A stretch of 64,000 nt of DNA from Lama guanicoe. Lineage: Eukaryota. The position numbers and the translations under genes are program-made. This document shows, one piece after another, positions 13,160-24,164 of this stretch (position 1 is its first letter; every line of letters begins with the position of its first letter). The stretch lies in contig MU053184.1 of the NCBI GenBank assembly GCA_013239625.1, forward strand, positions 202,220-266,219, written 5' to 3'. The notes under the pieces are model-generated. The model had not been told where the DNA came from. It worked only from the letters and a program-made list of their open reading frames with translations, and searched no databases.

Positions 13160-14240
13160 CCGATTGCATGCCCGGAGCTCCTGGGAGAGGCAGATGCTAG
13201 AATTCTCCCGCACTCCCAGGCCCTCAGGGAAGGTCTATTTACTCAGGGCACCCCAGGCACAAGTGCGGAGTGCAGGATCCAGCGGTGCTCCCTCTCTCCT
13301 CCTCCCCTCTGCTCCCGCAATACACAGCGCCTGAGGGGGCGCCAGTACAAAGGAATACTCAGGACAGAGTGGCTTCCTTGGAGAAGATTCCTGGAAGGCG
13401 GCATTGCCTTAGGGGACTAGAAAGGATGAGATAAATATGAATGGCAGGGAAGGCATCTTTTACTTCTCCAGGCTCCTCAACCACAAAAACTTTGTCTTGG
13501 TCACCTGGGCTATCCTTTAGGGTTAAGTCTAAATCACACCACTTATCACGCAAACCCCACCCCATCCCCCAAGTCACAGCGCAGCGCCGCCTCGCCCCAG
13601 GGGACCTCACATGTGCGGGGCACGGCTCTGGCCCGGAGTCTGCGCAGAGGGGGGACCGAGACCACGCTGGGCAAGTGAACCGCGCATGCGTGGCCGCAAA
13701 TCTCTAGCCTTCTGGAACCCGAAGGGCTGGGCAGCGGAGGCTTCTGGAACGCGACGCTGGGGTCCCCCATCCGATGCCTGCCACGGTCCAGGGCGGCAGC
13801 AACTCGCTCGCGCTGTTCCACTGAACAGCCTTGGGGCCAGCTGTTCCTCCCAGCAGCTGCATCTAAAATTCTTCCCCGGAGACCATCTCTGCCTACTCCT
13901 CAGCAGCCTCAGGTTATACTCTTTTTCTGCATCTAATGCGATGAGGGACAGGGGCCCTTCACCCAAGTCCCGCCATCATGAAATACTCTCTTCTAAACAC
14001 CAAGGAGGACACCTGTGGGCCGCGGCCTGTCCCCGTGGGTGGAGTATGATGTTTCCCAGGAAGGCAGACAGAGCAGGAGGAGCCAGAAGGGTGGGCTGTG
14101 TGAGGATGGGCGGTGATGCACTCGGCGTCAGGGACTGCGTACAAAATGGTGGAATTGCCAGCCCTGACCTCTCCTCTGACAGGAAGGCAGATCTCGCGGG
14201 ATCTCGGGAGTTCAGCGGAGTTAGAGGCGATACTCGGAAT
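13160..14240. promoter_or_regulatory. CpG island / probable promoter
   Basis: Sharp local rise in GC and CpG against a CpG-depleted background; NRF1-like CGCGCATGCGTG at 13681-13692; BANP-like TCTCGCGGGA at 14192-14201. Confidence 0.75.
13316..13346 (+). promoter_or_regulatory. Candidate CTCF site with upstream motif
   Basis: CGCAATAC-acagc-GCCTGAGGGGGCGCCAGT resembles the CTCF core plus an upstream TGCAGTAC-like module. Confidence 0.5.
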
Positions 14241-14730
14241 GAGAAAAAACCTGGGTGAATTTAAAACGGGTTGAATTACATGCCTCAAAGATGGAAGCTA
14301 GTAAATTATGGGTAAAAATTTTGCAGGGAGGTGAAGGAGTTGAGAGAGGTAGAGATATTGAAGATGGGGATGTGTGTGCGGGGGTGGGTGTATTAAAAGC
14401 AGGGGGCTGTGAGGCAGCAGCCAGGCTAAGTGGGCCCAGCCATCAGTCCTGCTGCATTGTTGATGCAGGGATATCACAGGCTAGTTGGGGACTCAGGATG
14501 ACCAGGGTCCAGAAAGGGTCTTTAACAATGTAGACCATAGTAGTTTAGAGGAGACCAGTGCTCCCTGGAACTGAGGTTGGCAGGGAGGCTCTGTGAAGGA
14601 GGGAGGGCTTGCGGCGGGTGATTAAGGAAATTGCTACATGACCAGGAAAATGAGGTCTTAAAAGGACACATGATCATTTCCAGCCTTGATGTGTGTTCAG
14701 TGAGGTAGACCCTGAGCAGAATAGAAAGTT

Positions 14731-15046
14731 ACTAATAATAGCTAACATTTATTGAGCGCTGTATGTCAGGCGCTATGCCAAGCACTCTGCACGGACTGTC
14801 TGACTTGGGTCACGTGAGAAATAACAACTGAGTACCTACTGTGTGTCAGGCATTGTTTTAGGCACTGGGGATTCAGCAGTGAGCAAAAAAAGTAAGTTCC
14901 TGCCCTCAAGGAGCTTTTGTAGTTATTCTTCCTAACAACCCTATAATATAGGTAATAATACGATCCTCATTTTACAAAGGAAGCAGCTAAGTTATAGAAG
15001 AGAGAGATTTAATAATTTGTCCAAGATTACATGCGTAGTTATCAGT
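14731..15046 (-). mobile_element. MIR SINE interrupted by an L2 3'-end fragment (~14820-14920)
   Basis: aataatagctaacatttattgagcgct...; inner actgagtacctactgtgtgtcaggcattgttttaggcactgggg...cctgccctcaaggagctt; MIR resumes cctaacaaccctat...cattttacaaaggaag. Confidence 0.75.
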
Positions 15047-15330
15047 GCATTAACTTATTAATGTAATAAATACTGAGTTTCTTCTCTATAAAGGAGACTG
15101 GGAGAGATGCTGAGGCCAAGGAAATAAATGAGCTATATTTTATGCTCTCAATGTGCTTACAGGTGAGTGGGGAAGATGGTCCTGCAGGCAGCAATTAAAG
15201 GTCCATGTAGCATGTACAGGGGCTTAGGAGATAAGGAGTAATGAACTTTGCCATTGGGGTAGGGAAGGCTCCTTTAAGAGAAATTAAAGGATGACTAGGA
15301 ACTTACCCGGTAGAAAAGTGGGTTGGAAGA
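15047..15330 (-). mobile_element. L2 fragment
   Basis: Decayed L2 3' region (gctctcaatgtgcttacaggtgagtggggaaga). Confidence 0.55.
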
Positions 15331-15799
15331 CAAGAAGCTTTTTGGACAAGGAAAATAGTTTGTTCTAGTTGAATGGAGGAGAAGTGGTAGGAAAGAAGAT
15401 AACCTTTGTTGATTAAGTGTTTTGTAGTAGTGCTTCACATATTTTTAAAATTAAATATTAAATGCATGGAAATAATACTGATTATATATGTACATAAAAA
15501 TTTAGAACAACTTTTGTACCTAACCACCCAGTTTAAGAAATGAAACATAGCTTTTTGAAAATTAGCCTTTCAAGTAAGCTAGGTGAGTGAATAACTTGTT
15601 CAAAGTCACAGTGTTAGCCGATGGAAGAGCCAGGGCTGGTGGTGTAGTCTGGTCTTTTAGCTGTGTGCTATCACACCTCCTCCTGTGGATGGTGGAGCAC
15701 TTGGATGATGATGGGAGGTGCTGTACAGAAGCTCTCAGTGCACCAGTGAGGAGAGAGGAAGGAGAAAACCGTCTCTTCTCACTGCTAGCTTCTGGGCTG

Positions 15800-16100
15800 G
15801 GACCTCGATTGGGCAGAACAGACAACAAACATGGGGAAAATACAGCAGTTCAACTAGTGATAAATCCTCAGAGGAGCAAAGTGGTCCAGAGTGCTGGGCC
15901 TGGAATAGAATGTGAGTAGGCTGGATGTGTTTCTGCTTTTACTAGGATGTCAGAGTGGCCCTCTGGAAAAGAGGTTTGACCTAATTCCTGAATGGTCACA
16001 AGGCACCAGTGATGTGAAGACCTAGAGGAAAAGTGCTTCAGGTTGAGCAAACAGTTAGTGCAAAGGCCCTGAGGTGGGATCAGCTGAGACTGGGAGAAGA
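15800..16100 (-). mobile_element. L2 fragment
   Basis: aacagttagtgcaaaggccctgaggtggga, typical L2a antisense. Confidence 0.7.
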
Positions 16101-16318
16101 TCAGATTCTTAAAACATAAGACTTTAGCCCCAGGCAGGTTCACCTTTCTACATTGTGCTTAAATTATACTCGCAGTAAAAATAGAAATGTTGCATAAGGG
16201 AAAAACTGGACAAGTGTTAAAATTAGTACTCAAAGCACAGTATCACTATCATTGAATGAACTTCTAGGAGATAAGAATGACTCTAACATATTATTTAAAA
16301 CTAAATCATCATGACAAG

Positions 16319-16829
16319 GTTTCTAGTTTTATTGAGATATAATTTACATATAACATTGTATTAATCTAAGGTGAACAGGAGAATAATTGGATATATGTAT
16401 ATGTGAAATAATTGCCGCTGTGAGTTTAGTTAATGTCAGTCACCGCACATAGTTAGTCTTTTTTATGATGAGAACTTTTAAGATCCACTTTCTTTCAAAT
16501 ATACAATATACAACTTTCAAATACATAATACAGTATTGTTAACTGTAGTCACCATGCTGTATATTTTATCTCTAGAACTTATTTATCGTATAACTGGAAG
16601 TTTGTACATTTTGCCCCTTCACTTATTTCCCGCACCCGCAACCTCTACCTGTGGTAACACCTATCTGTTCTCTGTTTTTGTAAGTTTCTTATTTTTAGAT
16701 TCTACATGTAAGTGAGATCATACGGCATTTGTCTTTGTCTGACTTATTTTACTTAATATTATGTCCTCATGGTCCATCCATATTGTTGCTAAAGGCAGAA
16801 TCTCCTTATTTTAATGGCTGAATAATTTT

Positions 16830-16866
<37 letters not shown>

Positions 16867-17505
16867 CTATATATACAACAACTTCTTTATTTGTCCATTG
16901 ATGGACACTCACACTGTTTCCATGTCTTGCCTATTATAAATAATGTTGCAGTTAGCATGAGGTTGCAGATACCTTTTTGAGACAGTGATTTTGTTTCCTT
17001 TGTGTGTGTGTGTATACACACACACACACACACATACAGAAGTGGGATTGCTGGATCATATGGTAGATCTATTTTTAATTTTTTGAGGAAACTCTATACT
17101 GTTTTCTGTAGTGGCTGTAAAAATTTACATTCCCACCAACAATGCACAAAGATTCCCTTTTCTCCACATCCTTGCCAACATTGTTATTTCTTGTCTTCTT
17201 GACAATAGCCATTCTAATGTGTGTGAGTGATACCTCGTTGTAGTTCGGATTTGCATTTCCCTGATGATTAGTGATATTGAGCATCTTTTCATGTACCTCT
17301 TTACCATTTGGATTGTCTTCTTTGGAAAAATATTTATGCAGTTCCTCTGCCCATTTTTTAATCAAATTGTTCTTTTGCTCTTGAGTTGTATGGGTTCTTT
17401 ATATATTTTGAGTATTAACCCCTTATCAGATACATGATTTGCAAATGTTTTCTCCTATTATGTAGGTTGCCTTTTCATTCTGTTGATGGCTTCCTTTGCT
17501 GTGCA
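16319..17505 (-). mobile_element. L1 LINE 3' end (ORF2 C-terminus + 3' UTR), L1MA-like, 5'-truncated
   Basis: ORFs 17075-17365 and 17125-17307 translate to L1 ORF2p C-terminal motifs (KKWAEELHKYFSKED; KRCSISLIIREMQIRTT); L1 3' UTR tttattgagatataatttacat. Confidence 0.95.
16832..16864. repeat. (TG)n microsatellite
   Basis: Perfect TG run inside the L1. Confidence 0.95.
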
Positions 17506-18792
17506 ATGACTTTATCATTAAAATTTTAGTAGTCAGATTTTAAAAGTTTGTCATTATGGTGCAGGAACTTCTAGTAATACATAGAAACTTACTTTAAACT
17601 GACATATTTAATAACATCACTAGACTCATGTACACAACAGAATATAATTCAGAATAAGAGGTTTTCGATAGTATGTGTTCTGGAAGGAACTTTGTTTTTA
17701 GGACACATCTAAAAAACTTTTCATTTTAAATAATGAAAATGCTGTGTACTTTGTAGTGTGTTGTATATAGCATAATTTTAACAAGCTTTTTGTTTCAAAG
17801 TTCAGCTCCATGGGAGGGGAAAAAACATAAGGATTGTCTTCCTAAAATAGCCTTGTCAAGTCAGTTGTTTTGTTGAAGTTTGATGAGAATAAATGTGTTT
17901 GAGTTCCTTATTTGTATCTAATAATTTCTTTTTCTTCATATTCTTTTTATTTTTATTTTGTCTTGACCAAAGATAATTTATTGTGAATTTTTTTTGTACA
18001 AGATTCTAGAGATTTTCCTCCTCATGAAATTTTGATATGGTGAATTTGACATTGTGCTTTTAATTTGTCCTCATAAAATGTGAAGCATTCCCAAATAAGA
18101 CTTTTTCTTAAAAGACTCTTGGCCTAAATGGAATTAAATAATGACAATTTAAATGCATTCCTTAAAGATTTTTTTAATGTAATGGATGCTAATGTACCAA
18201 ACAAATCTACAAGGATTAGAAATATGATACAGTTGAATCTCTATTGTTCCACCTTGCATTGTTATTTAAATTTCTATATTTAAATAATTCGTTGGCTCAA
18301 AAAGGATATAAGTTAACTAGTTAACATATTCTCTTAGCATTTATATTGTCAACCTCCTTTCTATTTATTTAACCATTTGGAAGCTAAAATTGTTTTGGTA
18401 CAAGAGGAACTTTGTACACCATTAATCACTATAGCAGTTTACTCTGGCAATAATAAATATACATCATATACTAACTGACTAATAATATTTAACTTATAAG
18501 CCACACGAGGAGATTTTTCTTATTACAGCTAGAATGCTCTCCTGTGTTTGAAAATAACAGTAAAATCAAATGGCACACCTCATTCATATTGCTGATGTTA
18601 TTAAAATGTAATAATTCGAAATAATGGTATGGTCATTGATCATGTATAAATTCAGGGAAGCCAGAAATGACTTTGAAGTAGGCATTTGGTTATTTGGACT
18701 TTTGAAACCTGAAACTGAAATCAGCTTTGTGGCCAGTTCCAAGGCTGAGGCAGGCCTTCAAGGTACTCCTCACTTACTGTAGGTCCTCCTCA

Positions 18793-19208
18793 TTTTTTTG
18801 TTTTTGTTTTTTGTTTTTTATTGAAGTAGGACATATAATGGAAGTACTCAAATCATAAATGTTCAGTTTGATTAATTTTTACAAGATAAATAAACCTAAG
18901 CAACTAGTATCCAGTTCAAGAAACAAACCAGTAGTAGCATCTCAGAAGCCCCCTTCCTGCCCCCTTCCAGAAACTGCCACCACCAGGGGAGGCAGTGATC
19001 CTGACCTCTAACACCATAGGCGCTCTAATAGATCTTGAACTTGATGTAAATGGAGTCTCATGTATGTGCTCTTTTGTATTTGCCTTCTTTAGCTGAACGT
19101 TACCTCTGTGAGGTGCATCTGTATTGTTGCATGTAGATTGTTCATTGTTATTGCTGTATACTATTCCCTAGTGGTATATATCACAATTTATTTATCCATT
19201 TTGCTGTC
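18793..19208 (-). mobile_element. Old L1 (L1ME-like) 3' end
   Basis: T-rich tail, then cagaagcccc...ctgacctctaacaccatag...atatcacaatttatttatccatt. Confidence 0.85.
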
Positions 19209-19209
19209 G

Positions 19210-21520
19210 CACTGAGCAGCTTCCTGGGCCTCTAGCTTTTGTCAAGGACTTATTTTAAAATCATAAAAAGGGATACTAATGTAGTTTCTGTACTCATAAA
19301 ATTATCATTGGGGATCTTGTCCAAAACCTCTGTCTCTGCTGAAGAATCAGTATGCTCCCTCCTTTAATTTAGTACGTGTCCTTATCATATCCCACCTTGT
19401 TCCAGCAAGAACTAATGACAGCATAATGAAATAAAGACAGCTTGCAAAATTAAAGGCATAAAATAGGTGAGACAAAGCAAGAACTCCAGTAGCCTCATCT
19501 ATGGGCTTCAGCACTGAGGCTGATTCAAGCATTGGTACGATGATGCTCTATACACTTTCTTACTTGGGCCCCAGATTCAGATGAGCTTCAGATCAGCTGA
19601 TTCCGAAAGGAAAATCAGATCAGTCCTACCAATCTATGTCCAGAATATTAGAGCATGCCGGTTCCTCAGAAGAAGGGTACCGATTCCTGGTGTAAGAGAT
19701 TCATTTCTCTCTAGGTTTTTGGCCAGGTGACTGCCTCAAGATGTGTAGGTAGACATAACAATGAGTTTAAGGAGCTTTTTGTGACCACTTCTCATCGCAG
19801 GATAATTGTATCACACAGCAGGCAACTCAGTAAAAGTATTTAAGCAGTTCAGCGAAGGCCCTGGGAGGGTACTAGGGAGAGGCCATGAAATTGCACCTTG
19901 GAAATCATTCACTTCCCAGCTGACCTGGCCTAATCCCATGGTAGGTATTGTGTATCTGGAAGAATGTAGACAAGTCATCCTTTGAATTATCCCTGCCTCT
20001 TCCATAAATATCGCTTTCCTTAATAAACTTGTTGGATACAGGGTGGTCAAAAGCTTGAGTTCATCATCCTTATCAAACACTGTGTGTATAACTCTACTGT
20101 GTTGCCGGTCAGGTATGTTGCTGCGTGGGGAAAAAGACAGCTGAGGAAGGAGATGAGTTAATATGCTGTCCAGAGAACTGAGGATCCCAAACAGTAGACT
20201 GCCCACCTCCTCTTGGGCTGAGCCAGGATCAATATAGAAAATAATTTTGAATCTACTCTCTCTAATGTGTGTGCGAATGGCTCCTCAGAGCGGCCGGGTC
20301 ATACTCTATATAACACAGCCATAATGACTGTGGCCTGGACAGTTTGAGGCAGGTATAAACAAATGCCCAAAGTGGCCATTTGACATCATCTTCCTCTCTG
20401 ATCCTAGTCTGACAGTTATATAACGTGCCGTGTTTCCCTTCTTGTCCTAGCTGGCAGGCGTCTCAGGGAAATTTTTAAAGCTTAATTTTCAGCTTTAATT
20501 ACAAACTTCAATTTTTAAAGCTTAACCACAGCAACTCTGCTTATCTTTACATTTCAAATATGTGCTGCTGCCTCTCCCCTTGACTTGGGCTTCCTCTTCT
20601 CCGTTCCTGTTTTATAACCTGACTGTAGATAAACCTCATTTTGAAAAAGGTCTCAAAACCTTTCAAGAAAATGACAAGGTCTAAACAAATTTCAAGAGAA
20701 CCAAGTATAAAGGGTGAGGAAAGTGATCAAGAATTGGCAAATGTCTAATGCTTGTCTCCAGCTCTTCTGCCCTGGGAATAAAGACCTGTTTGTACAAAGG
20801 CTTCCTGACAGCCGAAGGAACAAAATGCTCTCCGGAAAGAAAAGAGCCAGAGTTGCTCCATCTTCCCTCCACCCCTGCTTAAAAACCAAACAATGCTTCC
20901 CAGAGGAGCTGGCAGCTGGCCCTTGGCAGGTGGTAGAAACAGCACTGCAGCCCGCACAATAGGAGAAAACCCTAACTTTCAGCTTTGGGGAGCCCTGTGA
21001 TTATTCTGCCCACGACCTCCCAAAAGAGAAGAGACTGCCACATCAACCAACCAAACTGAGCTTCCAAAAAAACACGGACTTCTCCCCTCAGTAGTTGCCG
21101 TTTTTCCTCCCATTGCCTCAAGGCTGACGAATACACGGCCTCTGACCTTGTCTCCTGGGCTCCTCGTTCATTCTCAGTGTGTTCACTTAACTCTGGTGTG
21201 CCTGCAGTGATAGCTGCCATGCCGGGATGGCACAGGCAGAGAGGCCAGGAAAGGGAGGAGAATGGAAGGTCAGGGTCTGCAAAAGGAAGGGCTGGTGATG
21301 TGCATTCCCTACTTCAAGAGCCTAGGGAGGAACTGAGATTAAACTAGACTTGGATTGACTCTGGGGTTTCTGGATTTTGATGCTTATTTTGACTCTGGTA
21401 GGATGTAAATACATAGAACAGTTTTGACGGGATGAGAACGTCTTTCACCCTTCTCTCGTCTTCTCTCATCCACCCTACCTGAAGATGGCATGATGAGTGA
21501 TGACGTGAAGGGCACAGTTA
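19210..21520 (-). mobile_element. Ancient RTE-clade LINE fossil (AP endonuclease + reverse transcriptase), many stops and frameshifts
   Basis: Colinear degenerate motifs by manual translation: SGRVDERRREKG, AAITAGTP..EAVYS..LLRGEV..FWEVVGR..S*GFLLL, DHFP, CPG, QLSFSPRS, QAFD, NLERNESLT-G, KVYR/IIVPML, FASCL, RWD, ILQQRQ. Confidence 0.65.
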
Positions 21521-21631
21521 TCTCACCTCAGTCTGTTTTAAAACCACCTACTGTATGGTCATTACTATATGATTTTTATTGATTATCTACTATATGATCA
21601 TTACTGTAGTGTATTTGTTGGAGTTCCTATT

Positions 21632-21860
21632 ATGTGGCAAAGTGGAACAAGCATGGTCTTTGCAGCCAGACAGTCCTAGCCATTTACTCACTTGGAAACT
21701 TTAGACAGTTTAGTTGACCTCCCTGAGCCTCAGTGAATATGTGAAAAACAAAGATGCTCATGCATGCCCCATAAGAATTTCTTTAATAGTGAAATGAAGC
21801 TAATTCATGCAGGTTACCTGGTAGAACCAATAGTCCGCATTCAGTAAATGAATGCTGTTT
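21632..21860 (+). mobile_element. MIR SINE
   Basis: gtggaacaagcatggtctttgcagccagacag...gacctccctgagcctcagt. Confidence 0.75.
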
Positions 21861-22519
21861 TCTGCTGGATAATGGCCATGAGAGATGCATTCATTTTAGG
21901 AAGAACTGTATTTTGTTACTGGAAGCTATGCAGGCTGATGATACTGAATACATGATAATACTCATCTAAGTGTCTAATTGTCTTCTCTGGAGCCATAATG
22001 GTGACCAGGGTCACTGGAGAAGTGACTGGATCATTTGATTAAAAAGCACAAGATATCAACAGGCTGTTCACCCATGTTAGCCACTCGGGCAGATCTACCC
22101 CAGGAATCGTTGGAGAAAAGAAAGACAGTTGCTTGCCAGGCCTATGACTGTGGCAGAGGGGAAAGGTAGGAGGTAGGGCTCAAGTGTTCCGTTCTAGGTT
22201 CTTTGACTGTTGAGTTCTGTGACTGAGCAAATTACAGAAAATAAAACACTTACCATTTATTCACCTACTCAGTGCCAGGCACATGAACACTTTACATACA
22301 CATCTCATTTAATCTTGTGGATAAGAATATCTATCCATCACAGGACTCCCATGAGGGTCAAATGAGATGGCAGATGCCAAAGTCGTTAGTACTATTATCA
22401 TTTCAAGTGAGTGGTCACTGGTCACTGGTCACTGGGAAATGGTCTGCACTTGCCCTTTATGGAACCATCAACTTATGCCTTCCTGCTTGAATAACTTGCA
22501 CTGTGGCCTACACGATTGC

Positions 22520-22830
22520 CAGCATACCCTGAGCCTGATTCAGCTCAGTAAGTGTTTATCACCAGTTGTATTCAAGGCAGTGAAATGGGGCTGCAGCCTT
22601 AGTGCATTCTCGTGGGGTTTGTGTTCCTGTGGGGACTACTGCAGAAGCCCGTACAGAATGCTGAGTCTGATTACGTGGCAAGAGAGAGAAAAGCATCTCT
22701 GCTGTGTTTCAAGGAAGAAAAATACATGCTGTGTGGGCTGGGGTGCAGAGGAGAGAGGAGAGGGGTCAGACATCAGAGAAGTCTTCCTGAGGAGGTGGGA
22801 TTTGGGGGTGGACCTTGAAAAATGAGCATG
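22520..22830 (-). mobile_element. L2 fragment
   Basis: atcagagaagtcttcctgaggaggtgggatttgggggtggaccttgaaaaatgag. Confidence 0.65.
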
Positions 22831-22839
22831 GTGTTTGTT

Positions 22840-23270
22840 GTAAATAAATTTTTATACCATCATTGAATCATTATTAAAAATACATAGAAACAAAAGAGTA
22901 GAAAAAATTCATATGGCAACCAATTAAGGACATCATTGTTACGTTTTGAGGTATTTTCTTATGGTAGTTTTATATACACTCAAATATATAAGTACATATA
23001 TACTTGAAAGTACATACATATGTGCATGCATATATATGTACACACACATATATAGACGGTTGCATAGGTTTATATCTTGCTTTCTTCACTTGGAATTTTA
23101 AGTATTTTCTCAGTTTATAAAGACTTTTCATAAATATGATTTTAATAATCAAATAGTAATGTCCCAAAGAACAAATATGCCAAAAACATTTCTAAAAATT
23201 TCCATGTTTTAAAATACTCTGAGTTACCACTTTTAGCTGTTACAAGTGATCCAGTGATGTGTTTAGCAGA
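22840..23270 (-). mobile_element. Old L1 (L1MC/L1ME) 3' fragment with internal TA/CA-rich tract
   Basis: AT-rich L1M-like 3' UTR sequence. Confidence 0.55.
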
Positions 23271-23399
23271 AGCAAAAAAGCTAAATGCCAATTATCTGGT
23301 CTGAGACATTGACAAATAGCTTGTAGATATCAAAAGATTATGTATGACAAGCATTTTCCCCCCTCCAATCCTTTCTGCCTACTAAACTTCGTAAATCAA

Positions 23400-24060
23400 T
23401 TCACTCTCATTTTCAGAATCTTCTGGTGAAATTAAGTTGCTCGCAGTATAAAATCCCAACTTTGTTTTCTGGCATTCTAGGCGCTCCAAACCAGATCCAG
23501 CTGTAAATAATTTCTTATTTCTTTCTGTTGCCTCCCCTTCACAGATGCCTCCTATCCTTTTGTGGTCTTTTTCCCTATTTTGAACTCTTCAGTCTTAGTA
23601 AGACCCTTTGTCCCTTGACCCCTCCCTTTCCTCAGAATCTGTCAGGTCCCTCTTGGCCTTACTTCCTTTCCTCTGATTTAGATCTCATCAGAGCCAATTT
23701 TACATCATGCTAAAGCTGAAGTGTCAGGTTCCTCTCTTCTGCAGGCACTTTCAAAGGTGCTGTACCTGACTTGGCATTTGTAGTTTTGTTTCCTTTTTCT
23801 TAAAGAGGGGCCTCAAATCGTATAAGCTTCAGGCTCCATGAAACCTGGACCTGATCCTGAACCCCATGGTGTTCTCCTTGTAACTGAAGCATCCCCCATC
23901 TCCAAGAGACTTTCTTTTCTTTGCTCCAGTGCTTTTTGTGTTCTCAGTTCTAGAATTTATCATATTGTGTTATAATTGTTTGTGATCATAAGTTTCTCAA
24001 GGGAAGGGACTGTGTCTTATTTATAGTCATGTCCATAATAAATGCATGTTTGCTGAATGC
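23400..24060 (+). mobile_element. L2 3' region
   Basis: gggaagggactgtgtcttattt...aataaatgcatgtttgctgaatg L2 tail. Confidence 0.65.
23745..23860 (-). mobile_element. hAT-Tip100 MITE end (MER96B-like) inside L2
   Basis: ttcttaaagaggggcctcaaatcgtataagcttcaggctccatgaaacctggac matches a recalled Tip100 MITE terminus. Confidence 0.6.
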
Positions 24061-24164
24061 TTTGCTAATTCTTGACATCCTGACCAAGCTTCCCCTTTTC
24101 AGCACTACTACTTTTCCTAGTACTAATGACTACAGACATTTCAGAAGGCACACTAGGTGCCAAA

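Larger units (their letters stand above)
16200..18742 (-). mobile_element. Decayed hAT (Ac/ZBED-like) DNA transposon with BED-finger transposase remnant, split by L1
   Basis: Manual translation gives RKSLIWECFTFYEDKLKAQCQIHHIKIS*GGKS (18108-18010), then KQLT*QGYF, KVPSRT, SELYSVV, KFLCIT, NLTTK and, beyond the L1, DDLVLNNMLESF..FNDSDT; terminus-like sequence near 18742 with decayed TTCGG/CCGAA repeats. Confidence 0.7.

Noticed and set aside
13611..14258. 215-aa ORF and overlapping ORFs in the CpG island
   Set aside because: Long ORFs in several frames are expected in GC-rich DNA; no domain or homology recognised
17075..17365. ORFs resembling a real protein
   Set aside because: Frameshifted L1 ORF2p C-terminal fragments, not a host gene
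19811..20206. 131-aa ORF as a host gene exon or processed pseudogene
   Set aside because: Better explained as part of the decayed RT fossil; flanked by in-frame stops
19210..21520. Recent horizontal transfer of BovB
   Set aside because: Extreme decay and an adjacent old L1ME-like insertion indicate great age, not a young BovB-like copy
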